Both the position numbers and the translations under genes were made by a program. From an uncultured Actinomycetota bacterium (GTDB lineage Bacteria > Actinomycetota > Actinomycetes > UBA12327): a DNA stretch of 64,000 bases. The stretch is from contig CAWKKI010000011.1 in assembly GCA_963850215.1 (NCBI GenBank), positions 219,776-283,775 on the forward strand. The letters are read 5' to 3'. Shown here in pieces: positions 9,439 through 17,946 of the stretch (its first letter is position 1; each line of letters begins with the position of its first letter). Under the pieces are notes generated by a model. The model did not search any database and was not told the origin of the DNA. It was given only the letters and a program-made list of their open reading frames with translations.

Positions 9439-11924
9439 GCACGCGCGGTCAGCACCGCGGTCGTCGGGAGAGCTTCCTGCGTGCCATGACGCGCGCAGGT
9501 GTCGGTACTTCGCTGATCGCAATCCTGGGACTTGTCGCGCTCACTTTTGCGACTGGTCCTGGACCAGCGAACGCAGCATCCACCAAGGCCAAGCCGCTCG
9601 CGGCCAGTTCGGGTTCTGCGCTCACGAAGAGTGGGTCGGGATCCTTTTCAGATCTCAAGGTCACCCTGAGTCAGACGCAAGACCTCGTGAACCAGGTAAT
9701 CAATGTCACCTGGACGGGCGCAGCCCCAACACAGCCGGCGTACGGAGGCTTCGGCATCAACTATCTGCAGATCATGCAGTGCTGGGGGGACGACTCGTCG
9801 GGGCCCACTCGCGAACAGTGCGAGTTTGGCGGCAACCCAGGTAACACCCTTGGCGGGAGTTGGACGTCGTCGCGGCAGACCACGTACAGCGGGCTGGTGG
9901 ATCCGAACGAGACCTACACCGTGCCCCCGGGCAGTTTTGCCAACGCCTACGTCCCATTCGACTCGGTCACCGGAACCGTCGAAAAGGATGGGGCTAGCTC
10001 CTTCTTCGACTCGTACACGACCAACGAGATTGACTACGCGCGCACTCACTCCGACGGCTCCGGCCAGGAGTACTTCCAGATCGACACCGGTGTGGAGGCT
10101 TCAGGGCTCGGCTGCGGCCAGTCCGAGAAGGTCGGCTCGACCTCTAAGCCACGTGCGTGCTGGCTCGTGGTCGTCCCGCGAAATGACATTGAGGTCGACG
10201 GCAGTACCCGTGACGCCACCGGTGTGAACGAGATCGTGTCCTCGCCGTTGAGTGCGACCAACTGGGCAAAGCGCATTGTGTTTCCACTCGGTTTCACAGC
10301 CGTCGGGCAGAACTGCCCAATCTCGGCGATCGCCGAGCCGACGAGCGGGGAAGAGACTGCGCTCGAGGCCGTAACCCGATGGCAACCAACCCTGTGCGCG
10401 AAGAACGGACCGGTCTTCGGTTACACCCAGTTGTCGTCGGACGTGTCGCGCAGCGTCTTGGCCTCAACCACCCCAAATCTGCAGTTCCTGTCGAGACCGC
10501 TAGACGCGACGGACGGGACCCCTGCGGGCAAGCCGGTCTATGCACCCGTATCTGTGTCGGGAGTCTCGATCGCATTCCTGATTGAACGACAGACGTCGCC
10601 AACCGCAGATCCAGCAGTGAAGGCTTCCGATGGGGTTCGAATGGGGACCCTGAATCTGACTCCGCGGCTTGTCGCGAAACTTCTGACTGAGTCCTACCGC
10701 GAGGCCGTTACCTCAGACGACGCGACTTACCTCGCGAACAACCCGCTCGACTTGACGCGCGATCCAGAGTTTCTTGCTCAAAACCCCGACTTTTCAACGT
10801 TGAAGTACCTCAACGGCATCTCGAGCATCATCGTGCCTACGGGTACGGCAGATGCGTACTACCAACTGTGGCAATGGATTTGGGCAAACGCTGACGCGCG
10901 CGCCTTCCTGCAGGGCAAGGCCGATCCCTACGGCGAGACCGTCAATCCCCACTACAAGACCCTGACTTTTCCTGCGGACAACTTCCCGAAGGCTGAACCG
11001 GCCTGCAGGACCTTCCCGTTGTCGACCATCTCCCGCCCGCCCCTCTGTGAGTTGGACGCGTTCCCGTACGCGATCAGCATGCACGCGGGAGCGCAGGCAG
11101 TCAGCGGCGGTAGCGACCTATCCAAGGACCTGTGGGACCCGACTGCGACACCGCCCTCCTACAAGGCATCGCCACCGCAGATCGAAGGCAACCGGGGACT
11201 CCTCGTGCTCGCGGACACCCCGACCGCAATTCGATACGGCCTGAATATGGCGAGCCTGCAGAATTCAGATGGTCAGTTCGTGGCCCCCACCACCACGAGC
11301 ATCACTGCGGGTTTGAAGACGTTCAAGGCGGATTCTGCTGGCGTACTGGAGCCGGTGGCGGCGACGAAGGTCAGCGGCGCATACCCGCTGACGACCATCA
11401 CCTACGCGGCAACTGCACCGTCAAAACTCACGCCTGCGTCCGCGCATGACTACGCAACTTTCCTGCGCTATGCAATCGGTTCAGGTCAAACCCTCGGCGT
11501 CGCGCCGGGCTCTCTCCCGTACGGCTACGTGCCGCTCACGTCTGGGCTAAAGGCAACAACTGCAACGGTCGCGAACGAACTCGCTGCCGTAAAGGCCACG
11601 AGTGCGACGCCGGCGTCGACGCCCACGACTGGCAACACGTCGGGCGAACTAGGTGACTCGTCAGGTGGCTCGACCGGTGACTCGTCGTCCGCTACCTCTC
11701 AGACAACTTCGAACGTTGCTGCGCCTACCGGAACCGGTAGCGCGACGCAACCAACCAGCACGTCGCCCGCTGGCGACGCGCTCTCCCTGACCCCCGCGGC
11801 CGTCCGCTCGCCATCGGTTCCGATCGGTGCTGTGCGATTCGCGCTCGTGGGCGCACTACTCATCGGAGGCATCGCGGCCGGCGCCGGTCCGTTGCTGATG
11901 AGGGCTTCACAGGTGGCGGTGTGA
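9435..11924 (+). CDS. Large secreted, C-terminally membrane-anchored protein with an unassigned N-terminal region and a divergent PBP-like C-terminal region
   Basis: 829 aa, with an ATGA overlap with the upstream gene. It has a signal peptide (GPANA/AS) and a ~300-aa Cys-containing region with no recognised family. PBP-like blocks are PVYAPVSVSGVSIAFL, LNLTPRLVAKLLT and AYPLTTITYAA. A Ser/Thr/Gly-rich linker and a terminal TM helix (FALVGALLIGGIAAGAGPLLM) follow. Confidence 0.8.
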   Translation: MSTRGQHRGRRESFLRAMTRAGVGTSLIAILGLVALTFATGPGPANAASTKAKPLAASSGSALTKSGSGSFSDLKVTLSQTQDLVNQVINVTWTGAAPTQPAYGGFGINYLQIMQCWGDDSSGPTREQCEFGGNPGNTLGGSWTSSRQTTYSGLVDPNETYTVPPGSFANAYVPFDSVTGTVEKDGASSFFDSYTTNEIDYARTHSDGSGQEYFQIDTGVEASGLGCGQSEKVGSTSKPRACWLVVVPRNDIEVDGSTRDATGVNEIVSSPLSATNWAKRIVFPLGFTAVGQNCPISAIAEPTSGEETALEAVTRWQPTLCAKNGPVFGYTQLSSDVSRSVLASTTPNLQFLSRPLDATDGTPAGKPVYAPVSVSGVSIAFLIERQTSPTADPAVKASDGVRMGTLNLTPRLVAKLLTESYREAVTSDDATYLANNPLDLTRDPEFLAQNPDFSTLKYLNGISSIIVPTGTADAYYQLWQWIWANADARAFLQGKADPYGETVNPHYKTLTFPADNFPKAEPACRTFPLSTISRPPLCELDAFPYAISMHAGAQAVSGGSDLSKDLWDPTATPPSYKASPPQIEGNRGLLVLADTPTAIRYGLNMASLQNSDGQFVAPTTTSITAGLKTFKADSAGVLEPVAATKVSGAYPLTTITYAATAPSKLTPASAHDYATFLRYAIGSGQTLGVAPGSLPYGYVPLTSGLKATTATVANELAAVKATSATPASTPTTGNTSGELGDSSGGSTGDSSSATSQTTSNVAAPTGTGSATQPTSTSPAGDALSLTPAAVRSPSVPIGAVRFALVGALLIGGIAAGAGPLLMRASQVAV

Positions 11925-12012
11925 TCAACCGCCGAATCCTTCCTGCTCCACCCGCACGACGGCAGGTCGCGACACCGGGTCTCGACTGCCGAGCACAAGA
12001 AGGAGACAGTCA

Positions 12013-13032
12013 GTGAATTTCAAGACAGCTCGACGCCTTGCGGTGGCCGCTGCCGCCGTGGCCGTCGTCGCCGGGGCGATCAGCGTGGGCTCTGCTTCCG
12101 CTGATCCGTCCGGCACTCCGACCTACCGTGAGTTTGCGGGCGTCGGTTCCGACACGGTGCAAGGCGTCTACAACGCGTTCAGCAACAACATCACCATCAG
12201 CAGCACGAAGGTCATTGGCTCGTATGACGCCACTGGCTCTGCCACGATCCAGACCAAGGCGACCGGCTGCTCGGCCGTCACGCGTCAGAACGGTTCGGGC
12301 GCTGGCAAGACCGGCCTGCTCGCGAGCCTCAACGCCAACGACGGTTGCGTCCAGTTCTCGCGTTCCTCCAGCGCGCCCTCCGGTACAACTTCGCCAAGCC
12401 TGACCTACGTCCCGTTCGCCACTGACGCTGTGACCTACATGGTCACGGCCACAAGCAACATCCCGCGCCAGCTCACGCAGGCGCAGCTCGTCAGCATCTA
12501 CGCGTGCGGTGGCGACCCGACCATCAAGGCGCTCGTGCCCCAGGCCGGTTCCGGTACCCGCTCATTCTGGGAGTCCAAGGTCAGCATCACCGACTCGAAC
12601 GTTGACTCGGTTGCCTACCCCTGCCTCAAGGACACGGTCAACTCCCAGAGCGTTGAGGAGCACGACGGTCGCGTCCTCGACGACAACTCCATCGCGCCGA
12701 TCTCCGTTGCGCAAAACATTGCTCAGGAGGAAGGCACGATCAGCGACATTCGTGGCCAGGCCGTTCTCGGCCAGATCTCGAACGCCGCTGGCACGTCCTA
12801 CGCCCTGCCGATCACGATGAACTCAGCAATTCCGTTCACTCGTGAGGTCTACAGCGTGATCCCGACCTCGGTCATCGGTGTGTCAACAGGCACGACTAAC
12901 GGCACCTCGAACGCGGATTACAACACCGTGTTTGTCGGCGGTTCGTCGCTGGTTTGTGCACAGAGCCTCACCATCCAGGCGTACGGATTCGCGATTGACC
13001 CAGCCTGTGGAACCACCAGTCAGCACACCTGA
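12013..13032 (+). CDS. Secreted PstS-like / type-2 periplasmic-binding-fold substrate-binding protein
   Basis: 339 aa. AAGGAG lies 8 nt upstream of GTG. It has a signal peptide and the blocks GVGSDTV, NGSGAGKTGL, VQFSRSS and VPQAGSGTRSFW. No anchor was recognised. Confidence 0.8.
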   Translation: MNFKTARRLAVAAAAVAVVAGAISVGSASADPSGTPTYREFAGVGSDTVQGVYNAFSNNITISSTKVIGSYDATGSATIQTKATGCSAVTRQNGSGAGKTGLLASLNANDGCVQFSRSSSAPSGTTSPSLTYVPFATDAVTYMVTATSNIPRQLTQAQLVSIYACGGDPTIKALVPQAGSGTRSFWESKVSITDSNVDSVAYPCLKDTVNSQSVEEHDGRVLDDNSIAPISVAQNIAQEEGTISDIRGQAVLGQISNAAGTSYALPITMNSAIPFTREVYSVIPTSVIGVSTGTTNGTSNADYNTVFVGGSSLVCAQSLTIQAYGFAIDPACGTTSQHT

Positions 13033-13075
13033 TCCTTCCCTCGCGCAATCCAAATAACAGAGAGAGAGAAAGCTC

Positions 13076-14638
13076 GTGTGGAATAAAAAGATTGCGCGGA
13101 CGTTCGCCGCGGTCAGTGCTACGGCACTGATCGTTGGCGGCGCCGCGATCGCAGCATCATCTGCTGCAAACGCCCTCACCGACGGCACGGCCGTCATTAC
13201 CGGTGGAACGACGACGACCTCGTCGCTCGTCCTCAACACCAACGGAACATGTGCAGACCCGAATGCCACGAACGTCGTGGTCAAGATCAGCGGTACCGGC
13301 TTCCCGGCCGGTGGCGCAAACGTCGTGGGCAACAGCCCGGCAAGCAACTTCGCTAGCGGTTCGAACTACTCGATTCCGATCAGCAACACGCTCCAGGTGA
13401 TCGGGAACGCGCAGTCTCCGGCCGTCGTCTACTCCGGCACCTACACGTTTGACGTGGTTTGCCGTACTGCGCTGAGCTCGACGTCCCTCGGAGACTTCTT
13501 GGGGACCATCACGTTCAGCACCCCCACCACATTTAGTGCCGACCCGGCCACGCCGATCGCCACTGGCACCACGTTGGCTCTCGGCACTGCAAGCCCGATC
13601 GCCTTCGGCACCTCGGAGACACTGACCGCCACCGTCACCGGTGGAGCCTCCGGTTCTGTGCAGTTCCAGGACAACCTGACCAACATCGGTTCACCGGTGG
13701 CCGTGAACGCCTCCGGCGTTGCTACCTACACGACCTCAGCGCTGGATGCTGGGTCGCACTCGCTCACCGCGGTGTTCACTGGCTACAACCCATCCAGCGT
13801 CACCGGCTCGACGTCGACTGCGCAGGACCTCACCGTCAACCAGACGACTAGTTCGACTGCCCTGAGCTTCACTCCCGCTTCAGGTGCGGACTCGAACACC
13901 TCGCTCGGCCTCACTGCAACGATCACACCGTCCGCCGCGGCGGGCACCGTTCAGTTCGTTGACGGTTCGACCAACATCGGCGGTCCGGTGAACGTCGTCA
14001 GCGGCGTGGCCTCCACGTCGGGGCTCTTCGCCGAGGGTGCTCACACGTTCCACGCGGTGTTCACACCTAGCGACCCCACCAATGTCGCGGGTTCGAACGA
14101 CGTCCAGCCGTACACCGTTTTGCACTACGGCGGCGTTACCGCTACTGACAACATCCAGACAGAGGTTCCCGCCGGTGGTCTCGTGATCAGCGTCGCGAGC
14201 CCGGGCGCCCAGGACCTCGGTCCGATGGCGCTTAACGGCACCAGCAACCTCTTGAACGTCACCGGCACTCTGCTCAACGTCACGGTGACTGACACCCGCG
14301 CTGGCACTCACGCTGGCTGGACTGCGTCCGGCATCGTCAGTGACTTCGCTGGTCCGACGGCATTCGCGATTGCTGGCGCCAACCTTGGTTGGACTCCCGC
14401 GGTCGTGAGCCACTCGCTGAACCAGACAGTCACCGCTGGACCGGCAGTTGCGTCGGCCCTTGGCGTCTACACGTCCGGCGAGACCGGCGGCCTGCACTCC
14501 ACGCAGACCCTCGCCTCTTCGGCTGCGTCGCCGAACTCGAACGGCACCGCGGTGCTGAACGCAGCGCTCAACCTGAACGCGCCCACTGACACCCCAGCGG
14601 GCACGTACGTCGCAACCCTCACGCTGACCGCCATCTGA
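13076..14638 (+). CDS. Secreted surface protein: shared N-domain + three bacterial Ig-like repeats + WxL-like C-terminal domain
   Basis: 520 aa with a signal peptide. Residues ~30-155 are the paralogous N-domain. The Ig-like repeats follow the pattern TLTATVTGGASGSVQFQD...GSHSLTAVFT. The C-terminal ~190 aa carry VTVTDTRAGTHAGWTASG and ANLGWTPAV, and end in AGTYVATLTLTAI. Confidence 0.8.
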   Translation: MWNKKIARTFAAVSATALIVGGAAIAASSAANALTDGTAVITGGTTTTSSLVLNTNGTCADPNATNVVVKISGTGFPAGGANVVGNSPASNFASGSNYSIPISNTLQVIGNAQSPAVVYSGTYTFDVVCRTALSSTSLGDFLGTITFSTPTTFSADPATPIATGTTLALGTASPIAFGTSETLTATVTGGASGSVQFQDNLTNIGSPVAVNASGVATYTTSALDAGSHSLTAVFTGYNPSSVTGSTSTAQDLTVNQTTSSTALSFTPASGADSNTSLGLTATITPSAAAGTVQFVDGSTNIGGPVNVVSGVASTSGLFAEGAHTFHAVFTPSDPTNVAGSNDVQPYTVLHYGGVTATDNIQTEVPAGGLVISVASPGAQDLGPMALNGTSNLLNVTGTLLNVTVTDTRAGTHAGWTASGIVSDFAGPTAFAIAGANLGWTPAVVSHSLNQTVTAGPAVASALGVYTSGETGGLHSTQTLASSAASPNSNGTAVLNAALNLNAPTDTPAGTYVATLTLTAI

Positions 14639-14667
14639 TTGGCCTAAGTGCGAGGTAGCTCCACACC

Positions 14668-14703
14668 GGGGGTGGGGCGGGTTCTCGGACCTGTCCCACC
14701 CCC
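14668..14703 (+). terminator. GC-rich stem-loop between the WxL-like and DUF916-like genes (possible intra-operon attenuator)
   Basis: GGGGGTGGG (14668-14676) pairs perfectly with CCCACCCCC (14695-14703) across an 18-nt loop. No U-tract follows. Confidence 0.35.
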
Positions 14704-14720
14704 ACCAAAAGCCCGGTGAC

Positions 14721-15857
14721 ATGAACGAACGATCTAGTGAACGGAAACGAGACGTGAAGCACCGCTTGCTCCGCCGTACGCGTGCAGGGGCTGCATTGTT
14801 CGCAGCACTCGCCTGTGTGCTCGCGTCGAGTGCACCCGCCTGGGCGTCCTCGCCCACCCCGTCTCCCAGTGCATCGCCCTCACCGACATCGAAGGCGGTG
14901 CCAGCGACGTTCGGGCTACAACCGGCGACAGCTGGCAAGCCCGATGCGCGCTCAGATTTCTCCTTCCAAGCCGAACCCGGCGCGACGGCGTCTGACGAAG
15001 TAGCGATCCAGAACTTCGCGTACAAGCCGATCACCCTGCAGCTCTACTCAGCCGACGGCTATAACACCTCCGACGGCGGCTTTAGCGTCCTACCGGCTGG
15101 TGACAAGTCGAGCGAGGTCGGGGCTTGGGTTGTGTTGCCCCGTGCTTCGGTGTCGATTCCTTCTCGCGGCAAAGTGATCGTGCCGTTTACGATCCGCGTG
15201 CCTGCTGCGGCCCTTCCGGGCGACCACGAAGGCGGCATTGTCGCATCTCTGACGACCTACGGGACTCGGCCAAACGGCGAGCAATTCAAGGTATTCAACC
15301 GCGTCGGCGATCGCGTGCTAGTCCGCGTGACTGGCGCCCTCACTGCGCATCTCGCGTTGAGCAACGTGCATGCCAGTTATACGGGTTCGCTTAATCCGGA
15401 CGGCAAGGGCTCTGTCCGAGTTTCCTACTCCGTCACAAACACGGGCAACGTGGTGTTGGGCGCCACCCAACTCGTCACCGTGAAAATGCTCTTCGGCTCT
15501 TCCGCCCGGACCACGGGGCTTCCGGTCTTGCCTGGCCTGCTTCCGGGTAACGGTGTCTCGCAAACGGTCACGCTGCCTGGAGTTTGGCCTCAACTCCGTG
15601 GCAAGGCCACGGTAATCATCCAGCCGTTGGCGCCTGCTGGCGTCAGCGCGCCATCTGCCTCAGAAGCTGTTGCGACCACGTCGTTCTGGGCTATCCCGTG
15701 GTCGACGATCGCGATCCTCCTGCTTATCGCGCTAGCCATGGCGGGCTGGTGGTACTGGCGCCATCGCCGAGCAACCTCGGGCGGCTCCTCGCGTGGCAAG
15801 CGCGCGCGCGGGAAGGTCCCGCCTACTCCCCAACCACAGAAGGAATTGGTGTCGTGA
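14721..15857 (+). CDS. DUF916/DUF3324-like (WxL-interacting-protein-like) surface protein with a C-terminal TM anchor
   Basis: 378 aa with a signal peptide. The N half (FGLQPA...DFSFQAEPGATASDEVAIQNFAYKPITLQLYSADGYN...GDHEGGIVASL) matches the DUF916 pattern. A second beta-rich half follows, then the TM helix ILLLIALAMAGWWYW and a basic tail. Confidence 0.8.
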   Translation: MNERSSERKRDVKHRLLRRTRAGAALFAALACVLASSAPAWASSPTPSPSASPSPTSKAVPATFGLQPATAGKPDARSDFSFQAEPGATASDEVAIQNFAYKPITLQLYSADGYNTSDGGFSVLPAGDKSSEVGAWVVLPRASVSIPSRGKVIVPFTIRVPAAALPGDHEGGIVASLTTYGTRPNGEQFKVFNRVGDRVLVRVTGALTAHLALSNVHASYTGSLNPDGKGSVRVSYSVTNTGNVVLGATQLVTVKMLFGSSARTTGLPVLPGLLPGNGVSQTVTLPGVWPQLRGKATVIIQPLAPAGVSAPSASEAVATTSFWAIPWSTIAILLLIALAMAGWWYWRHRRATSGGSSRGKRARGKVPPTPQPQKELVS

Positions 15858-16717
15858 ACTTCCGCAGGTACCGGCGTGTTCAGGCCGGATTACTAACGAG
15901 CGTCGTGGCTGTCGTGGTCATGGGCGGCGTTGTCGCCACTGCAAATGCCGCGCCAGTGCCCGCGCAATCGTCGATGAGCACTCTCTCGTTCAGCCCGGCA
16001 TCGGGCAACGACCAGACCCGCATGTCTGTCACCACGTCAGGGCCCTGCTCGGCAGGAACGAATCTGATCGTTCGCGTCTATGGGTACGGGTTCCCAACAC
16101 AGGGTCAGAACGTCGTGGGAAACACGGCCGTGTCGACCTTCGTTGAGACTGCAAACGGTGGTCGGGTAGTGCCCCTTGAAGACACGATGCGCAGTTTCGC
16201 GGCGCAGCAGGCGACCCCGTTTCTCCTGAAGGGCAAGTACACGTTCGGGCTGCGTTGCATCCAGCCGCTTCAGTGGGACACCCCGCTCGACCTGTTCACG
16301 GGTGCGATCAACTTCACCTCGGCCGGCGCTTACTCGGCGCTTCCAGCATCGGCCGCGAGCGTGCCCAAGGGTGCCAACAATGTGCCCGTCGCCACGACGA
16401 CCCCCAAGTCGTCGTCCACGACGCCAGCGAAATCGGCGACTCCTTCTTCAAGTCCGACGGCGGCTGTGAGTTCGACGCCAGCTAGCAGCGCCGCACCAAC
16501 AACGTCGGACGCTGGCTCGGTTCCAGGCGCCTCCTCGGGCGCCCAGGCGGCCGGGGCACCCGTCGCCTCAACCTCCCTGTCGGGTGGCGGTGGCTCGATG
16601 GCGTGGCCGCTCCTACTGGCGTTGGTCGCCATCGCGCTCATTGCCGCTGGCGTCTTCTGGTATTTCCGGCGCGAGCCGGCGTCCGCAAATCCGTCCGCGC
16701 ACCGCACGAGAAAGTGA
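15854..16717 (+). CDS. Secreted protein: shared N-domain + Ser/Thr/Pro/Ala-rich linker + C-terminal TM anchor
   Basis: ORF 15584..16717 was trimmed to GTG 15854 (GTGA overlap). It has a signal peptide (ATANA/AP). The N-domain carries GYGFPTQGQNVVG and YTFGLRC. The anchor is a TM helix LLLALVAIALIAAGVFWYF plus RRE. Confidence 0.75.
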   Translation: MNFRRYRRVQAGLLTSVVAVVVMGGVVATANAAPVPAQSSMSTLSFSPASGNDQTRMSVTTSGPCSAGTNLIVRVYGYGFPTQGQNVVGNTAVSTFVETANGGRVVPLEDTMRSFAAQQATPFLLKGKYTFGLRCIQPLQWDTPLDLFTGAINFTSAGAYSALPASAASVPKGANNVPVATTTPKSSSTTPAKSATPSSSPTAAVSSTPASSAAPTTSDAGSVPGASSGAQAAGAPVASTSLSGGGGSMAWPLLLALVAIALIAAGVFWYFRREPASANPSAHRTRK

Positions 16718-17946
16718 CCCCCGCAGTGAACATCTCCGACACGGCGAAGACCACTACCCGCACGACTGTGCGCCGGAGCAGGTCCGTGATGGCCGCTGGC
16801 ATCGTCTCGCTCGCCACGGCGATCGGCTTTGCCGGCGTTGCGTTGAACATGCCTGCCGCCTCGGCGGCTTCCGAGGGAGCACTGACAATCGCTCCCGCAA
16901 GCGGCACGGATACCTCATTGCTTACGGCGACGACTACAAGTACTTGTAGTGATCCGTCGGCTGACCACTTTTCAATCTCGATCTCGGGTAGTGGTTTCAC
17001 CGGTCAGGTCAATGTCGTCGGTACGTCCAGTCTCACCACGGTCACCTCGGGGAACGGCTATTCAGCTCCCATCCAGAACACGTTGGCCGTGATCGCTTCG
17101 CTCCAGTCGCCAGCAGTCGTCTACACCGGCGACTACGTCCTCGACTTCAAGTGCCGCAGTGCCATTAGCTCCACGAGTCTCGGCGACTTCACCGGAACGA
17201 TCCACTTCACCGACCCGCACACGTACACGTTCGTAGCACCAACGACGAGCCCTTCGACGTCGCCGTCAACGAGCCCCTCAACTAGCCCTTCGACGTCGCC
17301 GTCAACGAGCCCGTCAACAAGTCCTTCGACGAGCCCCTCAACCAGCCCGTCGACAAGTCCGTCGACGAGCCCCTCAACCAGCCCCTCAACCAGCCCATCG
17401 ACGTCGCCGTCCACGACCCCGTCCGACAGCACATCTGCGAGTGCAAGCCCCACCGACTCGACGAGTCAAATCACCTGTTCCGCGACCGATGACATGGGCA
17501 CACCGCTTGGCGACAACCCGACACTCGACCCGGGCCAGAACGTCAGCGTGACCGCCACGGGCTTTGCTGCGGCTGCCTCAGTTGATGTGACGGTGCATTC
17601 GACGCCGCAGGATCTCGGCACTGTTACAGCGGACTCCACGGGCACCGTCACTTACGCGTTCCTTGTGCCAACGACCCTCGAGGCGGGAGCGCACACTCTG
17701 GTGTTCACCTCGGGATCAACGACCGGGACGTATGCCTTTGTCGTCAGCACGACCGCGGCTACCACGGCGGCAGCCGACGGCGGTACGACCGATGGTGGGA
17801 CGACGGACACCGCTGGGTCGACGCTGCCTCACACCGGGGCTGATGTGGTCATCTACCTGCTTGTGGCTCTCATCCTGATGGTCACTGGAGTGGGTTTCCT
17901 CGCGTGGAGCGGTGGGCTCGTGACATCAAACGGACGGCACCGGTGA
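16714..17946 (+). CDS. LPXTG cell-wall-anchored protein: shared N-domain + (STSP)n linker + Ig-like domain + LPHTG sorting signal
   Basis: GTG 16714 forms a GTGA overlap, and GTG 16726 is an alternative start. It has a signal peptide (AASAAS) and an N-domain with GSGFTGQVNVVG and YVLDFKCR. The C-terminus is LPHTG + hydrophobic helix + GRHR. Confidence 0.8.
   Translation: MTPAVNISDTAKTTTRTTVRRSRSVMAAGIVSLATAIGFAGVALNMPAASAASEGALTIAPASGTDTSLLTATTTSTCSDPSADHFSISISGSGFTGQVNVVGTSSLTTVTSGNGYSAPIQNTLAVIASLQSPAVVYTGDYVLDFKCRSAISSTSLGDFTGTIHFTDPHTYTFVAPTTSPSTSPSTSPSTSPSTSPSTSPSTSPSTSPSTSPSTSPSTSPSTSPSTSPSTSPSTTPSDSTSASASPTDSTSQITCSATDDMGTPLGDNPTLDPGQNVSVTATGFAAAASVDVTVHSTPQDLGTVTADSTGTVTYAFLVPTTLEAGAHTLVFTSGSTTGTYAFVVSTTAATTAAADGGTTDGGTTDTAGSTLPHTGADVVIYLLVALILMVTGVGFLAWSGGLVTSNGRHR
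17245..17418 (+). repeat. Coding (Ser-Thr-Ser-Pro)n array of about 14 units of 12 nt with synonymous-codon variation
   Basis: The translation is TSPSTSPSTSP...STTPS. Ser is coded by AGC/TCG/TCA/AGT/TCC and Pro by CCT/CCG/CCC/CCA. Only short stretches are DNA-identical. Confidence 0.9.

Noticed and set aside
13880-15034. 384-aa minus-strand ORF, plus several others (8787..9455, 16330..16707, 17133..17453, 19151..19696), inside the surface-protein cluster.
   Set aside because: They are mirror images of Gly/Ser/Thr/Ala-rich plus-strand coding sequence. They are Arg/Gly-rich with no signal peptides or domains, so they are typical antisense shadows.
17245-17418. Periodic repeats (also 9118-9177 and 33638-34028) considered as possible CRISPR arrays.
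   Set aside because: The periods are 12, 15 and 126 nt, in frame within long ORFs. There are no unique spacers and no cas genes in the window.
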